DNA of 64,000 nucleotides from Prochlorococcus sp. AG-402-I23 (lineage in GTDB: Bacteria > Cyanobacteriota > Cyanobacteriia > PCC-6307 > Cyanobiaceae), in contig QCIB01000007.1 in the NCBI GenBank assembly GCA_003216915.1, forward strand, positions 4,091 to 68,090, in the 5' to 3' direction. The notes under the pieces were generated by a model, which was given only the letters and a program-made list of their open reading frames with translations, was not told the DNA's origin and ran no database searches. Of the stretch, positions 20,362 to 30,138 are shown piece by piece. Each line of letters opens with the position of its first letter. Positions within the stretch are counted from its first letter, which is position 1. The position numbers and the translations under genes are program-made.

Positions 20362-21897
20362 TTATTGAGATTTATTTTTTTCTTTTAAAAATTTATAAGC
20401 TATTTTTCTATCATCAAAATTAATAACTTTATCATTGAGAATTTGGTAGTCTTCATGTCCTTTTCCTGCAATTAAAACAATATCTTTTTTGTTGGCAAAT
20501 TTAATAGATTCATTTATTGCTTTAAATCTATCAATTTCAATTGTTATTTTTTCTCTTTTTTTTATACCCATCAAAATATCATTTACTATCTTTTGGGGTT
20601 CTTCTGATCTTGGATTATCTGAGGTTATAAAAAGTTGATCAGACAACTCTTCAGCTATTGATCCCATCAAAGGCCTTTTACTACGATCACGATCTCCGCC
20701 ACAGCCAAAAACAGTTATTAGTTTCCCTTCACAAAGTTTTTTAATTGATTGCAAAACTTTTTTTAATCCATCAGGAGTGTGGGCATAATCAACAATTACT
20801 GTTGGAAGAGATCTTGAAACGTCATTATCATCAATTTGTATTTTCTCCATTCTCCCAGGAGCACCAGGGAAAGATTGTATTAACTTTGATAAATCTTTTA
20901 AAGAAAAATTCAGTTTATACAAAATTGTTATTGCTTGAATCGCATTCATTAAATTAAATTCACCAACAAGTGGAACAAAAAGTTGAATTTTTTCCCTAGG
21001 TGTATGAAAAATACAAGTAGAACCACTTTCAGTAAATTTTTTATCTGTTACGAAAAAAAAATCATCATTTTCAAATTCACTTTCAGTAATCTTTGTAGAG
21101 ACTAATAAAGATCTTTTTTTAAGATCAGATGATAATTTAGATATCCAATGGTCATCATGATTTAATACACAAATCCCATCTTTTTCTTTTAAGTAAGGTG
21201 GGAAAAATAATTTTCTTTTTATTTGAAAATATGATTCCATATCTGGGTGATAATCAAGATGATCTTGAGTTAAATTAGTAAAAATAGCCGCCTCAAATTC
21301 GCATCCTGATATCCTGTTTTGAGCAATAGAATGAGAACTTACCTCTAATATCGCGAATTCAGATTCTGCCTCAACAGCAGCATTTAATTTATTTTGAAGT
21401 TTATCAGCGAAATCAGTTGTATGAGAAGCTACTTCAGAGAAACCGGGCCATCTATTGAATAAGGTTCCAAACAATGCAGTTTTTTTTCCTAATTTTTTTA
21501 AAAGATATTCCAATAAAAAAGTAATCGTCGTTTTTCCATTTGTACCCGTAACACCAATAAGTTTAAGTTTTCTTGAAGGCCTATTCCAAAACTCAGCGAC
21601 TATTTGACCAAAAATATAATCTAAATTCTCCTCTATAACCAAAATCCTTTCTGGATCAATAGATCCAATTTTCTCTTTTGCAGCAGACCCAATAATGGCA
21701 GCCTCTGCACCATTTTCAATTGCCTCAATACAATATTTTCCTCCATCAACATTTAAACCAGGCATACCTAAAAATAAAGTTCCTTTTTGTAATTCTTTAG
21801 AGTTAAAAGAAATATTATTTATTTCATGATCGATTAAATGTAATGAAGGAATAATTCCTACCAAATCTAAAAGTTTATGTAATTTTATAGATCTCAT
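20362..21897 (-). CDS. murE: UDP-MurNAc-tripeptide synthetase
   Basis: GVTGTNGKTT, EVSSH, DYAHTPDG, DNPR, AGKGHE. Confidence 0.97.
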   Translation of the reverse strand: MRSIKLHKLLDLVGIIPSLHLIDHEINNISFNSKELQKGTLFLGMPGLNVDGGKYCIEAIENGAEAAIIGSAAKEKIGSIDPERILVIEENLDYIFGQIVAEFWNRPSRKLKLIGVTGTNGKTTITFLLEYLLKKLGKKTALFGTLFNRWPGFSEVASHTTDFADKLQNKLNAAVEAESEFAILEVSSHSIAQNRISGCEFEAAIFTNLTQDHLDYHPDMESYFQIKRKLFFPPYLKEKDGICVLNHDDHWISKLSSDLKKRSLLVSTKITESEFENDDFFFVTDKKFTESGSTCIFHTPREKIQLFVPLVGEFNLMNAIQAITILYKLNFSLKDLSKLIQSFPGAPGRMEKIQIDDNDVSRSLPTVIVDYAHTPDGLKKVLQSIKKLCEGKLITVFGCGGDRDRSKRPLMGSIAEELSDQLFITSDNPRSEEPQKIVNDILMGIKKREKITIEIDRFKAINESIKFANKKDIVLIAGKGHEDYQILNDKVINFDDRKIAYKFLKEKNKSQ

Positions 21898-21905
21898 ATG
21901 AAAAA

Positions 21906-22208
21906 TTATTTCTCCAGAATGGTACTAATATTTTTTTGAAACCAATTCTTTAATTGATCATCTTTTAATCTTGGAGAAATGCGAGGCAATTCTATAATCT
22001 CCTCGGACCTAATTCCTTCAACAGCAATAACAGGTACTTCATAATCATATTTTTTATATTTATCTTTATATAAATCGACCCTATCAATATCAATTTCTTT
22101 AAGCTCCTCCAGATTAGGGAATAACTCATTAAGATTTATTTTTGCCAATTTATTTTTTAATGAATCACAAAGGCAACATCCCTGCCTAACAAAAATAAAT
22201 ATTTTCAT
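21906..22208 (-). CDS. Glutaredoxin-like protein (DUF836)
   Basis: GCCLC, YDYEVPV, LPR.SPR. Confidence 0.8.
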   Translation of the reverse strand: MKIFIFVRQGCCLCDSLKNKLAKINLNELFPNLEELKEIDIDRVDLYKDKYKKYDYEVPVIAVEGIRSEEIIELPRISPRLKDDQLKNWFQKNISTILEK

Positions 22209-22212
22209 TCAT

Positions 22213-22449
22213 TTAGTCAGGCACAGGGTCACATCCACAAGGCGTTAAAGGATGACATCTGCTTAATCTTCTTAAAGTTAACCACCCTCCCTTCCAAGGA
22301 CCATGTCTAGTAATTGCCTCATATCCATAAGAGCTGCAACTTGGAATAAATCTACATCTTGGTCCGAAAAAAGGAGAAAACCACTTTTGATAGAACGAAA
22401 TCATAAAAAGAAGTATAGAAGTAATTGATTTGTTAATAGTTTTGAACAC
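22213..22449 (-). CDS. yidD: Membrane protein insertion efficiency factor
   Basis: CRFIPSCS.Y, RCHP...GCDPVP. Confidence 0.93.
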   Translation of the reverse strand: MFKTINKSITSILLFMISFYQKWFSPFFGPRCRFIPSCSSYGYEAITRHGPWKGGWLTLRRLSRCHPLTPCGCDPVPD

Positions 22450-22543
22450 TTTAATGATGTAAAATAATATTTCAGTAGTAATTAGTTTAATTGAATTTAA
22501 TCAATTATCCAATTTATTGCAAATTTCTATTTAATTTAAAATT

Positions 22544-23152
22544 ATGTCAAGATACCGCGGCCCCAGATTAAGGGTTACGCGTCGCTTGGGAGAACTACCA
22601 GGTCTCACCAGGAAAGCTTCAAAGAAGTCTAATCCTCCAGGTCAGCACGGCCAAGCCCGTCGCAAGCGATCAGAATATGCTATTCGTCTAGAAGAAAAGC
22701 AGAAACTTAGGTTTAATTATGGAGTTTCTGAAAAACAACTAGTTCGTTATGTAAAAAAATCTAGAGCTCAAGAAGGATCTACAGGAACTAACCTACTAAG
22801 ACTTTTAGAAAACAGACTTGATAATGTTTGTTTTAGATTAGGTTTTGGAGGTACCATTCCAGGCTCAAGACAATTAGTAAATCATGGCCATGTAACCGTT
22901 AATGGAAAGGTTCTTGATATTGCAGGTTATCAATGCAAATCAGGCGATGTAATCGGAATTAAAGAAAACAAAGCAAGCAAAAAACTTGTAGAAGGTAATA
23001 TAGAATTCCCTGGTTTAGCAAATGTTCCACCTCATCTTGATTTAGACAAACCTAAATTAACGGGGAAAATAAATGGAAAATGCGATAGAGAGTGGGTGGC
23101 TCTTGAAATAAACGAACTACTAGTTGTTGAATATTATTCAAGAAAAGTTTAA
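22544..23152 (+). CDS. rpsD: 30S ribosomal protein S4
   Basis: [23 protein letters not shown]. Confidence 0.99.
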   Translation: MSRYRGPRLRVTRRLGELPGLTRKASKKSNPPGQHGQARRKRSEYAIRLEEKQKLRFNYGVSEKQLVRYVKKSRAQEGSTGTNLLRLLENRLDNVCFRLGFGGTIPGSRQLVNHGHVTVNGKVLDIAGYQCKSGDVIGIKENKASKKLVEGNIEFPGLANVPPHLDLDKPKLTGKINGKCDREWVALEINELLVVEYYSRKV

Positions 23153-23171
23153 TACTACTTTTCTTTGGATT

Positions 23172-23206
23172 ATTAAATCTCTCTTTTAAAAAATGAGAGA
23201 TTTAAT
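23172..23206 (+). terminator. Hairpin after rpsD, probable terminator or processing site
   Basis: ATTAAATCTCTC / GAGAGATTTAAT 12-bp inverted repeat; a second hairpin AAGAAAAGT/ACTTTTCTT spans the rpsD stop codon. Confidence 0.6.
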
Positions 23207-23228
23207 TTAATTCTTATTTTTAAAAATA

Positions 23229-24392
23229 ATGGGAAATAAGGAAAATAATATAAAAAAGCCAGGTTTTAAGACCTTATCTATTCACCATGGGGAAACATTT
23301 GCTGAAGAGACTGGATGCGTTATGCCTCCTATTTTTTCTACATCTACTTTCAAACATGGAAATAAAGATAATTTCGACTACACCAGATCAGGTAATCCAA
23401 ACTTTAGAATTCTAGAAAACATCCTTAAATCAATAGAAGATTCTAAATACTGTACAGTTTTTGGATCTGGAATTAGCGCGGTAACTGCAATTTCATCAAC
23501 ACTGAAATCAGGTGACAAGATACTCTGCGAGTCAAATCTCTATGGTTGTACAGTGAGGATGTTCGAAAAAGTTTTCAAGAAATTTGGACTAGAAGTTTTA
23601 TACACAGATTTTACAAACGAAAATAATGTCAAAAAGATTTCAAACTTCGAGCCAACCTTGATATGGCTAGAAAGTCCAACTAATCCACTTTTGAAGGTAC
23701 TCGATATTAAGGCGATTTGTGATGAAGCGAATAAACTCGAAATCCCAGTAGTTGTAGACAACACATTTTCTACAGCGCTTATTCAAAAACCATTGGACCT
23801 TGGTGCAACACTATCGGTTGTAAGCACCACAAAATTCATTAATGGACATAGTGACGCACTTGGCGGAGCAGTACTTACAAATAATGAGGAATGGAATAGT
23901 AAGATGCTTTTCTCTCAAAAAGCTCTCGGGCTTCAACCATCTCCTTTTGATAGTTGGCTCATTACGAGAGGAGTAAAAACTCTTCCTTTAAGAATCGAAC
24001 AACAAACTAAAAGTGCAGAATTTATTTCTGAAGAATTAGGTAATCATAAAATTATTAGTAAAGTAATTTACCCTTTTAATCAAGAACATCCGCAATTTAA
24101 TTTAGCAAAATCGCAAATGAGATCTGGAGGTTCGATGATCACCCTAAAATTAAATTTAAATAAAGAGGATACTTTTAAATTTTGCAAATCTCTCAAATAT
24201 TTCTCTCTAGCAGAAAGCCTTGGAGGAGTTGAAAGTTTAATTTGTCACCCTGCAACGATGACTCATGCTTCTGTTGATGACAAAACAAAAACTCTACTAG
24301 GGATAGATGATGCTCTTGTCAGATTATCAATTGGATGTGAAGATACAAACGATTTAATCTCGGACATTTTATTTGCTTTAAATAAATTCTGA
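23229..24392 (+). CDS. Cystathionine gamma-synthase/lyase family PLP enzyme
   Basis: YTRSGNP, ESPTNP, DNTF, STTKFINGHSD, AESLGGVESL. Confidence 0.92.
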   Translation: MGNKENNIKKPGFKTLSIHHGETFAEETGCVMPPIFSTSTFKHGNKDNFDYTRSGNPNFRILENILKSIEDSKYCTVFGSGISAVTAISSTLKSGDKILCESNLYGCTVRMFEKVFKKFGLEVLYTDFTNENNVKKISNFEPTLIWLESPTNPLLKVLDIKAICDEANKLEIPVVVDNTFSTALIQKPLDLGATLSVVSTTKFINGHSDALGGAVLTNNEEWNSKMLFSQKALGLQPSPFDSWLITRGVKTLPLRIEQQTKSAEFISEELGNHKIISKVIYPFNQEHPQFNLAKSQMRSGGSMITLKLNLNKEDTFKFCKSLKYFSLAESLGGVESLICHPATMTHASVDDKTKTLLGIDDALVRLSIGCEDTNDLISDILFALNKF

Positions 24393-24395
24393 AAA

Positions 24396-25865
24396 TTGAG
24401 AGATTTACTTAAAAAACCTATATGGAAAAATTTAGAGTTGGGATATGCAATTCCTGATAGTATTCATGCTGTTTCTGTAGCATTACCAACTTGGAAGGAT
24501 GTAATAAATTACGAGGAAAAAGATCAAGAATGCATGAATTTATTGAAATCCATTTACCCACGATTCGGGCTAAACCCCATAGTGAAAAGATTATGCGAAA
24601 AAGTAAAAAAACAAAATTATGACAACAATAAAAGTATCTGGCCATATCCGAATGAAAGAATAGCTTTTAAAGCTAAAAAATACATTGATAGAAATACTTC
24701 TGAACAAGTCTCGTTAATAGAAAAAAGAAATAATTTAGCTTTCTTGATAACTGAAAAAGAAGGAAGTATTTATGCAAAATATTTTTGGCAACATACTGGT
24801 CTTGGTCTATCTTCAAGAGCTGCCGCTATAGAACTAGGTCTTGAAGATTGCCCTCCAAAATCTTACGTAAATGAATGTTCTCAAAGAATAAAAAATAGAA
24901 TTTCTAAATCTACAAAAATTGACTCTAATGATATTCGCTTAACTTCATCTGGAATGTCTGCATTGCATACATCATTAGAAATCATATATAAATTATTTCC
25001 AGCTAAACCAACACTCCAAGTTGGTTTTCCATATGTAGATGTACTTAAATTACCAATGAAAATCTTTCACGGAGCAAAGTTAATTACAGAAGAAAATTGC
25101 GAGGATATTGAATTAGAAATCAAAAGAATAAATCCATCAGCATTAATTATTGAACTTCCAAGTAATCCAATGCTCAAATGTGTAAACATTAAAAAAATTT
25201 CAAAAATTGCAAAAAAGCTAAATATTCCGTTAATTGTTGACGATACAATTGGTTCGAATTTAAATATAAATTCCATAGAACATGCAGATATAGTTTTTAC
25301 TTCACTTACAAAAATTTTTTCAGGTAGTGGTGATATTCTTGCCGGATCATTAATACTAAATCCAAAAAGCAAATGGATTGATCAGTTTAGAAATGCATTA
25401 AACGAGATTAATATTCCAATACTTTCCGATGGAGATATAGTTTATCTAGAGAAAGTTAGTAGAGATGTAAATCAAAGAGTTTTTAAACAAAATAAAGCAT
25501 GTTTAGAATTAAAAAAAAGATTAGAGACTCATAGCGAGATTAAAAATATTTTCCATCCTGAAAATTGTCCAAATTTTAATTCTTTACTTACTTCTAATGG
25601 GGGATACGGCTGCTTATTATCGTTTGAATTAAATGGAGGATTGAACAAAGCTAAAAAATTTTATGATTCTCTAAAAGTATCTAAAGGACCTAGTTTAGGT
25701 ACAAAATTTACTCTAGTTTGTCCTTATGTTTTACTAGCTCATTATGACGAATTGGATTGGGCTGAAAGTTTTGGTATACCCTCGCACCTTATTAGAGTAT
25801 CAGTTGGATTAGAAGACCAAGATCAATTATGGAAAACCTTTTCTGAAGCACTAAATAATTTCTAA
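24396..25865 (+). CDS. Second, longer Cys/Met metabolism PLP enzyme (cystathionine gamma-synthase-like)
   Basis: HAVSV.LPTW, YPRF, ELPSNP, SLTKIFSG, KGPSLG. Confidence 0.88.
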   Translation: MRDLLKKPIWKNLELGYAIPDSIHAVSVALPTWKDVINYEEKDQECMNLLKSIYPRFGLNPIVKRLCEKVKKQNYDNNKSIWPYPNERIAFKAKKYIDRNTSEQVSLIEKRNNLAFLITEKEGSIYAKYFWQHTGLGLSSRAAAIELGLEDCPPKSYVNECSQRIKNRISKSTKIDSNDIRLTSSGMSALHTSLEIIYKLFPAKPTLQVGFPYVDVLKLPMKIFHGAKLITEENCEDIELEIKRINPSALIIELPSNPMLKCVNIKKISKIAKKLNIPLIVDDTIGSNLNINSIEHADIVFTSLTKIFSGSGDILAGSLILNPKSKWIDQFRNALNEINIPILSDGDIVYLEKVSRDVNQRVFKQNKACLELKKRLETHSEIKNIFHPENCPNFNSLLTSNGGYGCLLSFELNGGLNKAKKFYDSLKVSKGPSLGTKFTLVCPYVLLAHYDELDWAESFGIPSHLIRVSVGLEDQDQLWKTFSEALNNF

Positions 25866-25949
25866 ATTCCTAGTATTTACCGTATAGAAACTTATATACT
25901 CTTTTTCTGAATAATAGTTAGTATTAATATATATTTTCTCAATATATAA

Positions 25950-26936
25950 ATGGCAAAAATTTATGAGGACAACAGTTTTGCTATTGGAAACACTCCATTA
26001 GTAAAATTAAAATCAGTTACTAAAAACGCGAAAGCTACAGTACTTGCAAAAATTGAAGGTAGAAATCCCGCTTATAGTGTCAAATGTAGGATCGGCGCAA
26101 ACATGATCTGGGATGCCGAGAAAAGTGGGAAACTTACAAAAGACAAAACTATTGTTGAGCCAACTTCTGGAAATACAGGAATTGCTCTAGCTTTTACTGC
26201 TTCAGCAAGAGGTTATAAACTGATCCTTACAATGCCAGAATCCATGTCAATTGAAAGAAGAAGGGTTATGGCAGTGTTGGGTGCTGAAATTGTTTTAACA
26301 GAGGCATCTAAAGGTATGCCTGGAGCAATAGCTAAGGCTAAAGAAATTGCAGAAAGTAATCCTTCTCAATATTTCATGCCAGGTCAATTTGATAATCCAG
26401 CAAACCCTGAAATTCATTTCAAAACTACTGGTCCAGAAATCTGGGATGATTGCGATGGTGAAATTGATGTCCTAGTTGCAGGGGTTGGAACTGGCGGCAC
26501 AATTACAGGAGTTTCAAGATACATTAAGCAAGAGAAGGGCAAGAATATTACTTCTGTAGCTGTAGAACCATCACACAGTCCTGTTATTACACAGACAATG
26601 AATGGAGAAGAGGTTAAATCCGGACCACATAAAATCCAAGGAATTGGAGCAGGATTTATTCCTAAGAACCTTGACTTATCAATTGTTGATAAGGTCGAAC
26701 AAGTAACAAATGACGAATCAATTGAGATGGCTCTTAGGTTAGCTAAAGAAGAAGGTCTATTAGTAGGAATATCTTGTGGGGCTGCCGCTGCTGCTGCTGT
26801 TAGATTAGCAGAACAAGATGAATATGCTGGGAAGACAATTGTAGTTGTTCTACCTGATTTAGCAGAGAGGTATTTATCATCAATTATGTTTACTGAAGTT
26901 CCAAGCGGAATCATTCAAGAACCAGTCAAAGCCTAA
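25950..26936 (+). CDS. cysK: Cysteine synthase A
   Basis: [36 protein letters not shown]. Confidence 0.97.
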   Translation: MAKIYEDNSFAIGNTPLVKLKSVTKNAKATVLAKIEGRNPAYSVKCRIGANMIWDAEKSGKLTKDKTIVEPTSGNTGIALAFTASARGYKLILTMPESMSIERRRVMAVLGAEIVLTEASKGMPGAIAKAKEIAESNPSQYFMPGQFDNPANPEIHFKTTGPEIWDDCDGEIDVLVAGVGTGGTITGVSRYIKQEKGKNITSVAVEPSHSPVITQTMNGEEVKSGPHKIQGIGAGFIPKNLDLSIVDKVEQVTNDESIEMALRLAKEEGLLVGISCGAAAAAAVRLAEQDEYAGKTIVVVLPDLAERYLSSIMFTEVPSGIIQEPVKA

Positions 26937-26938
26937 AT

Positions 26939-28063
26939 CTATTTTTTCTCCAGTAGTGAATCTGGTGAAATAAACATAGCATCGCCATAAGAGAAGAATC
27001 TAAATTTTTCTTTTATGGCTTTCTTATACAATTCTAATAATCTTTCTCTACCAATCATCGCACTTACTAAAAGTAATAATGAACTTTTAGGGAGATGAAA
27101 ATTAGTTAATAATCCATCAACTACCTTAAATTTATAACCTGGCTTAATTACTAAATCTACGTATTTAGCTATGGGAATAAAGTCATTAATTTCGTGAGAA
27201 TAACAACTTTCAAGAGCTCTTACGCTAGTTGTACCAATAGCAATTATTTTTCTATCTGTTTTCTTTATTCTTTTTATTTCCTCCACTACTTCCTTATTAA
27301 CACTTACCCATTCTTTGTGAAGTTTTAAGTTACTTAAATCTTCTTGATCAATTGGTTTGAATGTTCCATAACCCACGTGCAAAGTTATCGGTAAGATTAT
27401 TACGCCTTTTTTTTTTAGATTGGAAATAAGACTTTTGCTTAAGTGTAAACCAGCTGTTGGTGCAGCAACTGCCCCCGGATTTGTTGCATACTCAGTTTGA
27501 TAACTTTTCTCATGAAAAGATTCTTCTTCGGAATTTTTTATATAAGGAGGAAGAGGGATTTCCCCGTATTTATCAAGAAGTTCATTCATTGAATTGAGAC
27601 AAGTTATATTTTCCGGAAATTTAATAAATCTCCCTCCAGTTTTTTCATCAACTCCATCAACAATCAAATTAATATCTTGTGCTAATGGAGATTTTAATTT
27701 TAATTTTCTATTTATTTTTAACTTTTTTGCTGGCTTTGCCAAACATAACCAAACACATTCATGGGATCTTTCTAAAACTAATAATTCGACTAATGTCTTA
27801 TTTTCTAATTCAACCTTTAACCTAGCTTTCATAACTTTAGTATTATTTACAACTACAAGATCCCCTTCTCTAAATTCATCTAAAAGATTCTTGGTAAATT
27901 TATTAGTTAAGTAGTCTTCTTCTATAACACTATTTCTAACTATCATCAATCTTGATTCATGCCTAATTGCAGAAGGTTTACTAGCAATTAATGAAGGATC
28001 AAGTGAATAATCATAAGCTTCAAGCTTATAATCTCTTTCTTCATTATTAATTTGAGAAATCAA
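26939..28063 (-). CDS. queA: S-adenosylmethionine:tRNA ribosyltransferase-isomerase
   Basis: PLPPYI, AAPTAGLH, TNFHLPKS, FFSYGDAM. Confidence 0.97.
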   Translation of the reverse strand: MISQINNEERDYKLEAYDYSLDPSLIASKPSAIRHESRLMIVRNSVIEEDYLTNKFTKNLLDEFREGDLVVVNNTKVMKARLKVELENKTLVELLVLERSHECVWLCLAKPAKKLKINRKLKLKSPLAQDINLIVDGVDEKTGGRFIKFPENITCLNSMNELLDKYGEIPLPPYIKNSEEESFHEKSYQTEYATNPGAVAAPTAGLHLSKSLISNLKKKGVIILPITLHVGYGTFKPIDQEDLSNLKLHKEWVSVNKEVVEEIKRIKKTDRKIIAIGTTSVRALESCYSHEINDFIPIAKYVDLVIKPGYKFKVVDGLLTNFHLPKSSLLLLVSAMIGRERLLELYKKAIKEKFRFFSYGDAMFISPDSLLEKK

Positions 28064-28069
28064 TTAAAT

Positions 28070-29437
28070 TCAGGAGACAAGAGTCTCTGGCTCATCTTCA
28101 ATTAGGGAAGCCAAGTCTTTTAAGAATGAAGCTCCATCAGCTCCATAGATCACTCTATGATCAGCTGTTAGATTTACTTGCATTATTTTTTTAACAGATA
28201 TTGAACCATCACTATTAGCAACAACGGTTGGTTTCGATGATGCTATGGCTAAAATAGCACCGGTACCTGGAGGAAGAATTGCGTCAAATCTATCAACTCC
28301 AAACATCCCAAGGTTAGATAAAGTGAAGGTTCCCGTTGAGTATTCATCAGGTTCTAATTGTTTTGATCTTGATCTTTTTACGAGATCTTTCCATTCCCTA
28401 GACAATTCAAATAAATCAGTATTGCATGGTTCTTTTAAAACTGGAGTTATTAGTCCACCATCTTCCATCGCAACAGCAACAGCAATATTTATATTTTCTG
28501 GATAAGAAATTCCATTCTCTGAAAAACTTGAGTTAACTTGAGGATGTTTCTTTAGTGTCTTTGCAACTGCTTTTACTAGTAAAGCAGTCATAGTAACTCC
28601 GTTCTGTTTTACTTTTTTGTAGAAATTATCTAATTTATCTGTGTTAATGGAATAACCCACCCTAAAACATGGCACATCTAAACTAGATTCCATATTTTTA
28701 TTTACCGCTTTCTGAAGAGTATTAAATTGAACTGTTTCTCCGGGATTACCAAAACTATTTCCTGAAGTTTCTGGTTTACTTTCAACTCCCAAATTTGCAC
28801 CAGGTATACTTGCAGGAGAAACACCTTCACCTATCCATGGTATAGAGACTGGTTGGCCATTAGCTTTTAAAATATCATCGGCTTGAATCCTTCCGTGAGG
28901 TCCGGATCCATGAACCTTTGCTAGATCAACGCCCATTTGAGAGGCAAGTTTTTTAGCTCTTGGAGATGCAATCACCCTCGAAGAAACATTACTCGTAGCA
29001 GCATTTATTTGATCACTATTAAAAGATGAGGCTGCCTTTTCACTCATTAATACGACTTCTTTTTCTTGTTTTTCAACAATTTCACTTTGAATCACAGGTT
29101 TTTCTTCAGTTTTATTGCTTACCAATTCAAGTTGATCCGAACTAGAAACTTCGGGTTGTTTTCCTTTATTTTGTTCTTGAACAGAAGCTATCTCATCCTC
29201 ATTTTCTACAATAAGACCGATAGTCTCTCCTACTGGTGCAGTGCTGCCAGCAGGCATTAAAACAGCCGCAAGATATCCATCTTGAAAAGATTCAACATCC
29301 ATATCTGCCTTGTCAGATTCAACAACCAAGACAGATTCACCTCTTTCAACTTTATCTCCTGGATTTTTCAACCATTCCACAATCTTGCCCTCTGTCATAG
29401 TAGAACTCAAGGCAGGCATGAATATTTCGTGAGACAT
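28070..29437 (-). CDS. pdhC: Pyruvate dehydrogenase E2 (dihydrolipoamide acetyltransferase)
   Basis: Lipoyl domain VESDKAD, ASPRAKKLA E3-binding domain, DHRVIYG. Confidence 0.95.
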   Translation of the reverse strand: MSHEIFMPALSSTMTEGKIVEWLKNPGDKVERGESVLVVESDKADMDVESFQDGYLAAVLMPAGSTAPVGETIGLIVENEDEIASVQEQNKGKQPEVSSSDQLELVSNKTEEKPVIQSEIVEKQEKEVVLMSEKAASSFNSDQINAATSNVSSRVIASPRAKKLASQMGVDLAKVHGSGPHGRIQADDILKANGQPVSIPWIGEGVSPASIPGANLGVESKPETSGNSFGNPGETVQFNTLQKAVNKNMESSLDVPCFRVGYSINTDKLDNFYKKVKQNGVTMTALLVKAVAKTLKKHPQVNSSFSENGISYPENINIAVAVAMEDGGLITPVLKEPCNTDLFELSREWKDLVKRSRSKQLEPDEYSTGTFTLSNLGMFGVDRFDAILPPGTGAILAIASSKPTVVANSDGSISVKKIMQVNLTADHRVIYGADGASFLKDLASLIEDEPETLVS

Positions 29438-29656
29438 AAGAAAATTGTTATTACATAAGTTTCAAGGGATTTCTACCAAACTTCCTAAAGTTTTTATGGT
29501 TAAGAACCCTTTAAACTCTTGTTTTAATTATACGAAATCATGTTCACAGTGGGAACTCTTAAAACTTAAGAAAGTAATAATTTAGATCGATTAGAATTTA
29601 AAACTTTTCGAAATTAAGATTTACTTATATTTATCAAAAATACTAAATCTTCTCTA

Positions 29657-30100
29657 TTAATTATTATCTATAGATTGAATAACTCCATCCTTAACCGTAA
29701 TCGATACTTGCATTTTTTCAATAAGATTGTCTCCCACAGTGACATCACAGAAACTATCCACTTGCCCTTGATCAACAATTTCGTCCATTTTTAATTCGCG
29801 AACTTGACTCTGTTGTTGAAGAAGATTTCTTTTTTGTTCTTCAATTTCATTTCGTTTTGCTGCGACTTGTTGTTGCACCTGACTAACCTGTTCTTGAACT
29901 CTTGGATCTAGGGGATTAACCGATTGGGATCTAATATTATTTACTATTTGCTGCCCCTCTTGCTCCAGTTGCGATAATTGCTGATCAATGTTTGAAATTG
30001 CTTTACTTAATTCTTTTTCAGCATCTTCCTTCCAAGTTGGTGTAACTACAGCTTTAATAGCTATTGAGCGCTTTATAGATATTGAGTTTTTTGTTTCCAT
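29657..30100 (-). CDS. YlqD family coiled-coil protein
   Basis: IKR.I.IKAVVTP.WK, Gln-rich coiled coil, VGDNL. Confidence 0.82.
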   Translation of the reverse strand: METKNSISIKRSIAIKAVVTPTWKEDAEKELSKAISNIDQQLSQLEQEGQQIVNNIRSQSVNPLDPRVQEQVSQVQQQVAAKRNEIEEQKRNLLQQQSQVRELKMDEIVDQGQVDSFCDVTVGDNLIEKMQVSITVKDGVIQSIDNN

Positions 30101-30138
30101 AAAAAATTAAATTACCTTTTCAATATAGATAGAACAAA

